A stretch of 41,097 bases of DNA, taken from the IMG/VR virus record IMGVR_UViG_3300002120_000004; one strand, given 5' to 3'. This document shows positions 1-5,560 of the stretch, in pieces. Below the pieces are notes generated by a model. The model saw only the letters and a list, made by a program, of their open reading frames with translations, had not been told where the DNA came from and did no database searches. This DNA comes from a virus. A program made the translations under genes and the position numbers. The first letter of the stretch is position 1. Each line of letters opens with the position of its first letter.

Positions 1-79
1 CCTCTTATTTTTCATGGCTCGTACCATCTCAACAGCCAGATTCGTAATCCGACATGTCTCCAGAGCCGTTCTGTATAGA
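1..79. repeat. 79-bp terminal direct repeat, identical to 41019..41097 (circular-assembly overlap)
   Basis: Read directly: both window ends carry cctcttatttttcatggctcgtaccatctc...gagccgttctgtataga. Unique genome length is 41018 bp. Confidence 0.95.
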
Positions 80-333
80 ACCTGGTCGCCCACCGGTTTT
101 TGTACTGCTCTTATTCTCCGAAGTCGGATCTTGATCTCATCAAGACCCTTGTTTTTGTAGATGTAATTTGTTCTCTCAGCCAGATTAAAGCAGAAGTCGT
201 AAAGATTGCCATGATGTACGTGCCAAAACAGTCCGTACAGCGGTTGAGCGGCTAGCGCATTAGTATAGTCCTTTTTTCTTTTAGCCGCCACCCTCTTCTT
301 CGGCACTCGTCTCGCACTCTTTCGACCTGCCAT
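1..333 (-). CDS. hypothetical protein, N-terminal part of junction-spanning CDS (join 1..333 with 40803..41018; 182 aa)
   Basis: ATG 333..331 has an AAGGGAG SD 8 nt upstream. The frame stays open to base 1 and continues in phase through the 79-bp repeat into track ORF 40803..41045. Product: MAGRKSARRVPKK...LFWHVHHGNLYDF... It is absent from the ORF track because it runs off the window edge. Confidence 0.65.
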   Translation of the reverse strand, partial: MAGRKSARRVPKKRVAAKRKKDYTNALAAQPLYGLFWHVHHGNLYDFCFNLAERTNYIYKNKGLDEIKIRLRRIRAVQKPVGDQVLYRTALETCRITNLAVEMVRAMKNKR

Positions 334-497
334 CCGATCAGCTCCCTTCCGTAGTCTGAGCCCCATACAACCACTCCATCTGAGGAGAACACTGAGTAAA
401 CGCACGGCAGCCTGGGGTTATCAATAATGAGCTCAGTAGCCCCGGTGTCGATCTGATGACTCTCTGGAGCTCTCTTCTTCAATCTTGCTGGTAGCAC
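252..497 (-). CDS. hypothetical protein (81 aa)
   Basis: Track ORF with a globular-looking sequence (GVVVWGSDYGRELIGWQVERVRDE). GTG start with a weak SD, so the start is uncertain. The 3' end overlaps the junction-spanning CDS by 82 nt in another frame. Confidence 0.45.
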   Translation of the reverse strand: MLPARLKKRAPESHQIDTGATELIIDNPRLPCVYSVFSSDGVVVWGSDYGRELIGWQVERVRDECRRRGWRLKEKRTILMR

Positions 498-667
498 CTC
501 ACGTTTACCCCTTTGTGGCCCCGTTCATCCAGCCACTCTCTGTAGCCAAGAGCCTCGGCATCTTCCTTGTTTTTGGCGTTGATGTGGTATTCCTTGAGAA
601 GGGTCCCCCTGCCTGTCCCCCGGATCTGGACCACGAACGTCCTTTCAAGAATCTTCGCTGATTCCAT
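479..667 (-). CDS. hypothetical small protein (62 aa)
   Basis: Track ORF 479..697 trimmed to ATG 667, which has an AAAGGGAG SD 8 nt upstream. Confidence 0.55.
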   Translation of the reverse strand: MESAKILERTFVVQIRGTGRGTLLKEYHINAKNKEDAEALGYREWLDERGHKGVNVRCYQQD

Positions 668-1181
668 GTTGGGCTCTCCCTTTCCTGATTGTATCAAAGA
701 AATCCTCTACAAGCAGTCCTCCTGCATCCTCGACAGACATCCAGGACGGATCCTCTGTGTATGATCCGATGCTCGTTCTCTTGATATCTACATAACCGAT
801 CCCCTCAACATCTGGACTCCAGAGGATAATTACCAGAGACTCTCCGACTCCTGGATCTCCACCCTTGAGTGGAGGACAATACTCCGGAGGATCTTTTCCT
901 TCGACAGTCTTCGTCCAAACCTCTGTGAACATCATGAGAAGGTCTGGAGGACACTTAAGAACCTGATGTGCTGTTCCCTTGTAAAACATCTCCCTTGTGT
1001 TTTTTTTTAGATCCATATCTCCATGGACGATTTCATTTCCGAGTAGGACAAACATACTTCCTCTGATTTCCTGACCAGCTCGTATGGCTTCCCTAGCGTA
1101 ACCGATGAGCTTCTCGGCTACCCTACGGCTTAAATCTGGAAGCTTTTCCAGAACTGGGCTTGAAGGGATTTTCGAATTCAT
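645..1181 (-). CDS. hypothetical protein (178 aa), apparent distant paralogue of the 1123..1890 product
   Basis: Track ORF 645..1187; ATG 1181 has AGGAG 6 nt upstream. It shares ordered motifs with its neighbour (RRVAEKL/RRIYEAL, FVLLGNE/VVLLDGN, LVIILWSPDVEG/MAMIVAWSDEG). Confidence 0.7.
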   Translation of the reverse strand: MNSKIPSSPVLEKLPDLSRRVAEKLIGYAREAIRAGQEIRGSMFVLLGNEIVHGDMDLKKNTREMFYKGTAHQVLKCPPDLLMMFTEVWTKTVEGKDPPEYCPPLKGGDPGVGESLVIILWSPDVEGIGYVDIKRTSIGSYTEDPSWMSVEDAGGLLVEDFFDTIRKGRAQHGISEDS

Positions 1182-1890
1182 TGGCATCTCCTATTACATC
1201 TGGATCTTCCTCTTGGGTTACGTCGAAGTTATCCAGGATGCTTTTTATTATCTCTGGAGACAAAAGCTTGGATGACTCGACGGTCATGGATACGAGGAGC
1301 TTGTGGATTTTCTCTGAGATTGCTCTAATCTCATCTCCATCACCAATCTGGCTGAGACACTTGAGAAGCTCCATGCCCTTTGAAGCTAGTAACTTGGCTA
1401 CCACCTCTGGAACTCTCTCCCTCGCTGTAAGGTCCATGACCTTGATGAACTCTGAGGTAGTACCCTTATTGGAACTCCAGAACATCTCTCCAGTGATGAA
1501 CTCCTCGAATGGGGCTCTGCCGATGAAAGAACCTTCATCCGACCACGCCACGATCATTGCCATCTTGGAACAGTTCTGGAGTCTGTTCTCAGGATCCATG
1601 TTCCTTGCTTGCGCTTTGTTGATATATTCCTCATTAACAATGGTGCTCATGGCGACAAGCCTCATCGGAATGATTCTGTTGACGATAGCTATGGTCTTGG
1701 AGATCAAAATACTGATGGGTCCTGTACTCGGCATATTGATACAGAAGTGATTCCCATCTAAAAGGACGACTTCTGATAAGGAAGATTCCGTCTTTCTTGC
1801 TAGTCTACGTCCAGACTCTGCGTAGTGAAGCATTGAAAGAGCTTCGTAAATCCTCCGAGGCATCCCATCAGGACTGTTTTTCGTGCTCAT
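1123..1890 (-). CDS. hypothetical protein (255 aa)
   Basis: Long track ORF with an AAGGAG SD 5 nt upstream of ATG 1890. Confidence 0.8.
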   Translation of the reverse strand: MSTKNSPDGMPRRIYEALSMLHYAESGRRLARKTESSLSEVVLLDGNHFCINMPSTGPISILISKTIAIVNRIIPMRLVAMSTIVNEEYINKAQARNMDPENRLQNCSKMAMIVAWSDEGSFIGRAPFEEFITGEMFWSSNKGTTSEFIKVMDLTARERVPEVVAKLLASKGMELLKCLSQIGDGDEIRAISEKIHKLLVSMTVESSKLLSPEIIKSILDNFDVTQEEDPDVIGDANEFENPFKPSSGKASRFKP

Positions 1891-1899
1891 TGGTTCTCC

Positions 1900-2277
1900 T
1901 TATCTTCCCCTTCGGTCTAGCGGAACATCCCATGACCGCTCCGTTCCAGTAGATGGTGGCTTCCCAGGGTTGTTTTCCGTCCTCTCAAACCTATCTGGGT
2001 TGTTGTCTACAAAGTACTTTCTCTGGACAGGTTTCGTGTACCGCTCGTTCACGTGACTTCTTGACTTGATCGAGTCCCGAATATCGTGGATGTCTCTCTT
2101 GTCCTCGAAATCAAGTCCTACCGGCGCTGGTGGTTTTCCTCTTTCCTTTTGGACGATGCCGAGACATTCCCTTCCCACGAGAAGCCCTGTTTCCTTGAGT
2201 TGCTCCGATGCTTCCTCCTTTCCGCAGATGCTGCACCTTCCCCGGATCTCCTGACGTTTGATCGTTGGACCGCACAC
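1900..2277 (-). CDS. Cys-rich (zinc-ribbon-like) protein (125 aa)
   Basis: Track ORF 1900..2313 trimmed to GTG 2277, which has an AAGGAGG SD 5 nt upstream. N-terminus reads VCGPTIKRQEIRGRCSICGKE. Confidence 0.65.
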   Translation of the reverse strand: MCGPTIKRQEIRGRCSICGKEEASEQLKETGLLVGRECLGIVQKERGKPPAPVGLDFEDKRDIHDIRDSIKSRSHVNERYTKPVQRKYFVDNNPDRFERTENNPGKPPSTGTERSWDVPLDRRGR

Positions 2278-2542
2278 AGGATCCTCCTTCCTCTGGCGAG
2301 CCGCGCCCCGCAAGGGGAGGCGCGGCGAGACGGAAGTGGGACATCACATCGAACGGACTGGAGTTTGGATTCTCACAGCTATAGCTGAGAATTCCAATCA
2401 CCTGAGCTGAAAGGGATGGTCTTCTGGCATTGTCGATAATGCTCTGGAGTAACCCGTGGAAGGCACCACGGCTCATGGTCTGAAATACTCTGTGGACGTG
2501 CTTGCCTTTGGTAATTGTCTCACGGATATGGAACCCGGTCAT
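2111..2542 (-). CDS. hypothetical protein; only the first ~66 aa look genuine, the 3' end is uncertain
   Basis: ATG 2542 has an AGGAGGA SD 8 nt upstream. The N-terminal part (MTGFHIRETITKGKHVHRVFQTMSRGAFHGLLQSIIDNA...) looks real. The tail is low-complexity, crosses GC hairpin 2300..2326, and overlaps the next gene by 167 nt. Confidence 0.5.
   Translation of the reverse strand: MTGFHIRETITKGKHVHRVFQTMSRGAFHGLLQSIIDNARRPSLSAQVIGILSYSCENPNSSPFDVMSHFRLAAPPLAGRGSPEEGGSCVRSNDQTSGDPGKVQHLRKGGSIGATQGNRASRGKGMSRHRPKGKRKTTSAGRT
2300..2326 (-). repeat. GC-rich stem-loop family member 1 (no U-tract)
   Basis: GCCGCGCC-ccgcaagggga-GGCGCGGC, an 8-bp perfect stem plus inner CC/GG pairs. It lies 22 nt upstream of GTG 2277. 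Confidence 0.7.
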
Positions 2543-2562
2543 AGACCTTTCCTCCTGTGGTA

Positions 2563-2772
2563 CTACTCTGCCAATGGCTTTCCGGTTGTGATGTCGTAAC
2601 CAGACAGGAACACAACAGGTGGCTTGCCCGACTTCGCTCGGTCCCGGTTCACCCTCTTCAGCTTGTTCTCGTAGGCCCTCTTGAAGCGCTTCTCCGTTCT
2701 CATAGGGGCCCTCTTGGTCCTTCCAACCTTCCTTGCCTGGCCTTTCTTCCTATCAGACTTTTTTCCCGCCAT
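2563..2772 (-). CDS. small highly basic Lys/Arg-rich protein (69 aa), possible nucleic-acid binder
   Basis: Track ORF with an AAAGGAG SD 6 nt upstream of ATG 2772. Sequence begins MAGKKSDRKKGQARKVGRTKRAPMRTEKRFKR. Confidence 0.7.
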   Translation of the reverse strand: MAGKKSDRKKGQARKVGRTKRAPMRTEKRFKRAYENKLKRVNRDRAKSGKPPVVFLSGYDITTGKPLAE

Positions 2773-3112
2773 CGGATTCTCCTTTCATCTTTGGACCGTA
2801 TTTCTTGACCACCTTCGAAAGTACCTCAGTAAGTTCCTTCTTTTGTTTCTCATTGAGCGGCGCGATTTCTTCATCTTCCGGCATATCTTCCATAGTGCAC
2901 TGAAGACAGATTGGAGCCGCCCTTTCTTCCTTCATAAGGTCTATGCCCGATGGACTCACATAGACCTTATGACCACAGCTGATACAAAACTTTATACTGG
3001 ATCCATCAGCAATAAGATCCTGGGTTATATCGTTGACCCTCACGCACATGAGCCTCACTTCTTTCCCTTCTTGAGGCTCCTGAGTGTCCTTGTATCCTAT
3101 CTTTAACTTCAA
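2753..3112 (-). CDS. zinc-ribbon protein (119 aa)
   Basis: TTG start with a GGGAGG SD 4 nt upstream. Carries CISCGHK...CLQC cysteine pairs. Confidence 0.75.
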   Translation of the reverse strand: MKLKIGYKDTQEPQEGKEVRLMCVRVNDITQDLIADGSSIKFCISCGHKVYVSPSGIDLMKEERAAPICLQCTMEDMPEDEEIAPLNEKQKKELTEVLSKVVKKYGPKMKGESDGGKKV

Positions 3113-3205
3113 GGGACCTCCCTTCTACGTTCCTTATCTCGGTCTTCCAGACCCCGTATACGCCTCGTAGATGGCGATTTACCTACGCCTCTATACCAGC
3201 CTCTT

Positions 3206-3229
3206 CCTTACAGGCCAGGCTGGAAGCCC
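3206..3229. repeat. 24-bp intergenic repeat copy 1 (ccttacaggccaggctggaagccc)
   Basis: Identical 24-mer at 6221..6244 in the same orientation. Both copies sit in the only two sizeable non-coding regions of the early side. Confidence 0.9.
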
Positions 3230-3348
3230 ACTCTATAGTTGTCGGAGGGTATAGCAAGATCCTAGCACAGGGTCCAGAAAATAAATCTGGCCTTCAAGCT
3301 ATCCTGTTATCTGATAGACTCTTGTAGGCCAAGATTTATCTTGACAGG

Positions 3349-3588
3349 TTACGGAACTATGATTCGTTTCTCGGACTTCATCTGCTTGAGAATAGCGATG
3401 GTTATGCCGATAGCTTTTGAGAGCTCTTGAACGTCGGTATTGATCTTGTTGACAACTGCGAAGATGTCTCCGATTTCTTTCTCATGCCTCAAGAGCATGA
3501 TAGATACTTCGATTGGTGATAGTTGTTGGTTCTCAAGTTCTACGGGAATGCTTACTGCATCGGATGTTTCATTGGGTGAGGACTCCAT
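3349..3588 (-). CDS. hypothetical protein (79 aa)
   Basis: Track ORF with an AAGGAAGGAGGAG SD directly upstream of ATG 3588. Confidence 0.7.
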   Translation of the reverse strand: MESSPNETSDAVSIPVELENQQLSPIEVSIMLLRHEKEIGDIFAVVNKINTDVQELSKAIGITIAILKQMKSEKRIIVP

Positions 3589-3947
3589 CCTACTCCTCCT
3601 TCCTTCGGAACGACTACGTATGTGGGCTTATCTGCCTTGTACGAAAGGTCCATGGTGTGTTGGGTTCCCATGCTCGCTCCATCCCAGAAGACCAGGACAG
3701 CATCTGAGTAATCCACAATCAGCTTATTCCTCATGTACCCAGCTGATTTCCCGTTCTTGGACCACTCAGCCCTGAATATAGTCATCTTGAGCTCGTTGTC
3801 CTCCGCGTATCTCTCAGCCCTGAAGTCCACGCCATTTGCCCCGCCACTCACAATCTCTGTTGGTTCAAACCCTGCTATATCAAGGGCTTGCTTGATCTCG
3901 GGTGTGCTGGGGTGTAGTGTCCTAGACCCTACAATCGCCACCTTCAT
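3552..3947 (-). CDS. SLOG/DUF2493-family (LOG/DprA-like Rossmann) protein (131 aa)
   Basis: MKVAIVGSRT...IVSGGANGVDFRAERYA...WSKNGKSAGYMRNKLIVDYSDAVLVFWDGASMGTQHT matches the family signature as I recall it. Track ORF trimmed to ATG 3947 behind AAGGAAGGAAGGAG. Confidence 0.8.
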   Translation of the reverse strand: MKVAIVGSRTLHPSTPEIKQALDIAGFEPTEIVSGGANGVDFRAERYAEDNELKMTIFRAEWSKNGKSAGYMRNKLIVDYSDAVLVFWDGASMGTQHTMDLSYKADKPTYVVVPKEGGVGWSPHPMKHPMQ

Positions 3948-3986
3948 GGATCTTCTCCTTCCTTCCTTTAATTTTCCCTCCTTTTT

Positions 3987-4023
3987 GGTCACGCCCGCCC
4001 GCGAAGCGAGTGCGGGCGTGACC
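3987..4023 (-). repeat. GC-rich stem-loop family member 2 (no U-tract in transcribed sense)
   Basis: GGTCACGCCCGC-ccgcgaagcgagt-GCGGGCGTGACC, a 12-bp perfect stem. It starts 6 nt after the stop of 4030..4227. Confidence 0.75.
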
Positions 4024-4029
4024 CTCACT

Positions 4030-4227
4030 TTACGCGTCCTTCCCGGCTGCCAGCGCCAGGATGTGCTCCACGTCCAGGCCGACGATGAGCACCACCACGC
4101 TCCAGATCGTCTCCCCGCCTTGGGCGAGCGCGAGCCAGCCGACCAGCGTGGCTACCTCAACTATGGTGTGGACCTGAGCTTCGAGAATCGAGCGCGTAGA
4201 TACTTCGGTGCCGAATATCTTGAGCAT
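4030..4227 (-). CDS. small hydrophobic protein (65 aa), probably membrane-associated
   Basis: The ATG comes 1 nt after the TAG of the GA ORF, with an AGGAGGGG SD. Codons are G/C-ending (8 of 65 end in A). Hydrophobic stretches: VATLVGWLALA and IWSVVVLIVGL. Confidence 0.6.
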   Translation of the reverse strand: MLKIFGTEVSTRSILEAQVHTIVEVATLVGWLALAQGGETIWSVVVLIVGLDVEHILALAAGKDA

Positions 4228-4228
4228 G

Positions 4229-4435
4229 CTACCCCTCCTGGTTATAGGCTCCCGCTCCTGCTCCTGCTCCAGCCCCAGCTCCAGCTCCGGCTCCCGCTCC
4301 TGCTCCAGCTCCCGCTCCTGCTCCTGCTCCTGCTCCTGCTCCAGCTCCTGCTCCAGCTCCTGCTCCAGCTCCTGCTCCTGCTCCTGCTCCCGCTCCCGCT
4401 CCCGCTCCCGCTCCCGCTCCCGCTCCCGCTCCCAT
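4229..4435 (-). CDS. micro-ORF encoding M-(Gly-Ala)31-YNQEG (68 aa)
   Basis: ATG-initiated and tightly packed between two solid genes. All repeat variation falls on wobble positions of this frame. The SD is weak (CGGCGGCGATCC precedes the ATG) and GGA usage is atypical for the island, so translation is not certain. Confidence 0.45.
   Translation of the reverse strand: MGAGAGAGAGAGAGAGAGAGAGAGAGAGAGAGAGAGAGAGAGAGAGAGAGAGAGAGAGAGAGAYNQEG
4247..4432. repeat. tandem hexamer array, 31 x NGCTCC (minus strand GGAGCN)
   Basis: Counted by hand: N = T x12, C x10, A x7, G x2, with one unit agcccc. Seven identical cgctcc units lie at the 4391..4432 end. Confidence 0.95.
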
Positions 4436-4447
4436 GGATCGCCGCCG

Positions 4448-4789
4448 TCATTTTTGGTTCTTCGGCAGCGGGTGCTTCCACGGGAAGGCGTCTGTCACCG
4501 TATCGAGGTTGAGAAGGCATGCCCCGACCGGCTCGACTTCGTCCAGTGTCCCATTCTTGATCGCCTGCATGAACCGCCCACTGTCCGCGATCCAAGAAGC
4601 ATCCACCAGTACCAGGAACTTGCCGAGACGCTTCTCGACCAGGCCGAGCATGTGATAGGTCACGGTGCGGAAGAACCACTTCTGGCCGATCAATGAATCA
4701 AGCGAGTCCAGGTCCAAGGTCTCGACCTCTGCGCCGAACTGTGCTTTCAGCTTCTCGTAGGTTTCTTGGCTAACTTCGACTGTAGGCAT
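4448..4789 (-). CDS. hypothetical protein (113 aa)
   Basis: Track ORF with G/C-ending codons and a balanced sequence (WFFRTVTYHMLGLVEKRLGKFLVLVDASWIADSGRF). The ATG is 2 nt after the stop of the upstream small gene. Confidence 0.8.
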   Translation of the reverse strand: MPTVEVSQETYEKLKAQFGAEVETLDLDSLDSLIGQKWFFRTVTYHMLGLVEKRLGKFLVLVDASWIADSGRFMQAIKNGTLDEVEPVGACLLNLDTVTDAFPWKHPLPKNQK

Positions 4790-4791
4790 TG

Positions 4792-4968
4792 CTATTTCTC
4801 CTTGTTCGGTTGGGGTTGCAGGTTCAGCCTGTCGCGATAGGCACGAAGAATAGCATCATACTTTTTCCAGTCAGACCGATCTGATTCTTTCCAGCGATCG
4901 CCGTCACTTCCTACATTGTCAAGCATCCAGTCCAGCGCCTCTAGCACCTCTGCGGTCGTGGGGGTCAT
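4792..4968 (-). CDS. small acidic protein (58 aa), below the ORF-track length cut-off
   Basis: Translated by hand: ATG 4968 with AAAGGAGG 6 nt upstream, MTPTTAEVLEALDWMLDNVGSDGDRWKESDRSDWKKYDAILRAYRDRLNLQPQPNKEK, stop TAG at 4794..4792. Confidence 0.65.
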   Translation of the reverse strand: MTPTTAEVLEALDWMLDNVGSDGDRWKESDRSDWKKYDAILRAYRDRLNLQPQPNKEK

Positions 4969-5048
4969 TCGATTCCTCCTTTGTAGGCCCTTTAGCTCTC
5001 GAATCTACCACCATCAGCCAACCTTTGTACAGTCCATCCCTAGTCTCG

Positions 5049-5095
5049 CCACGCCGCCGCCGCAGGGCGAGCGCAGCGAGTGAACGGCGGCGTGG
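5049..5095 (-). repeat. GC-rich stem-loop family member 3 (no U-tract)
   Basis: CCACGCCGCCG-25 nt loop (ccgcagggcgagcgcagcgagtgaa)-CGGCGGCGTGG, an 11-bp perfect stem. It directly follows terminator T2. Confidence 0.75.
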
Positions 5096-5101
5096 GCGTA
5101 G

Positions 5102-5141
5102 CATAAAATTAGGGATGAGGACGATGTTCCATCCTCATCCC
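5102..5141 (-). terminator. canonical intrinsic terminator T2
   Basis: Minus sense: GGGATGAGGA-tggaacatcg-TCCTCATCCC followed by TAATTTTAT. It starts 8 nt after the stop of 5150..5464. Confidence 0.7.
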
Positions 5142-5149
5142 ATGGGTCG

Positions 5150-5464
5150 CTACGCAGCGGGCTTGGCCGCGAGAGAAGCGGACCGACGCTCGCGCTCGGT
5201 CTCGATCACCTTGTCGAGCGCGGCACGGTCCTTCTCGGTCATGTCGTGACGAGTGCCGATCACGGCCTCATACGCACGACCGATGTGACCCTTCCCAGCT
5301 GCGAAGCCGTTGTAGGCTTCCAGGGTCCTGAGTTCCTTCTCGTGACGCCAGAGCGTTCCGTTCACGGCGCGCTGGCCAGCCACGAGGGCCTCTCCGACCC
5401 TGAGCAGACTCCGACTCAGGATCCGAATCTGAATCTCCATCTCCTTCACCGCTTCGTCTTCCAT
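5150..5464 (-). CDS. hypothetical protein (104 aa), first gene of the minus-strand block
   Basis: Track ORF 5150..5506 trimmed to ATG 5464, which has an AAGGAG SD 6 nt upstream. Helical-looking sequence: MEDEAVKEMEIQIRILSRSLLRVGEAL... Confidence 0.7.
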   Translation of the reverse strand: MEDEAVKEMEIQIRILSRSLLRVGEALVAGQRAVNGTLWRHEKELRTLEAYNGFAAGKGHIGRAYEAVIGTRHDMTEKDRAALDKVIETERERRSASLAAKPAA

Positions 5465-5560
5465 GAGACTCTCCTTGTTTCGCCTTCGGACCATCCAAAG
5501 GCACAAACCGGGGCGAAGCAGGCCAGCCGCAGGCGATAGCGGCGAGTTTCACCCCGCCGC

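Noticed and set aside
1160-1750. 196-aa plus-strand ORF
   Set aside because: It is the antisense shadow of 1123..1890. Its composition is S/L-rich and it has no SD.
3225-3240. Resemblance of gcccACTCTATAGttg to T7-type promoters (ACTCACTATAG)
   Set aside because: The genome encodes no single-subunit RNA polymerase candidate, and the second copy of the 24-bp repeat is not followed by this sequence.
4247-4432. CRISPR-like array
   Set aside because: The period is 6 nt with no spacers, so it is a microsatellite-type coding repeat.
4245-4433. Plus-strand (Ala-Pro)31 reading of the hexamer array
   Set aside because: The variable bases are also wobble positions in this frame, so it cannot be excluded on substitution pattern alone. 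However, a TAG (4245..4247) immediately precedes the array, there is no start codon, it is antisense to the operon, and it runs into an implausible downstream peptide.
3733-4696. Long ORFs 3733..4512(+), 4208..4696(+) and 4242..4679(-) crossing the hexamer array
   Set aside because: Their length comes from the stop-free repeat. Their repeat translations are irregular (LPLLLQ, SCSCSS, GSGSRSWS), and they are antisense to or out of frame with well-supported genes.
4919-5104. 61-aa track ORF
   Set aside because: It is mostly the translation of GC hairpin 5049..5095 and the terminator region. The SD-led 58-aa ORF 4792..4968 in another frame explains the coding potential better.
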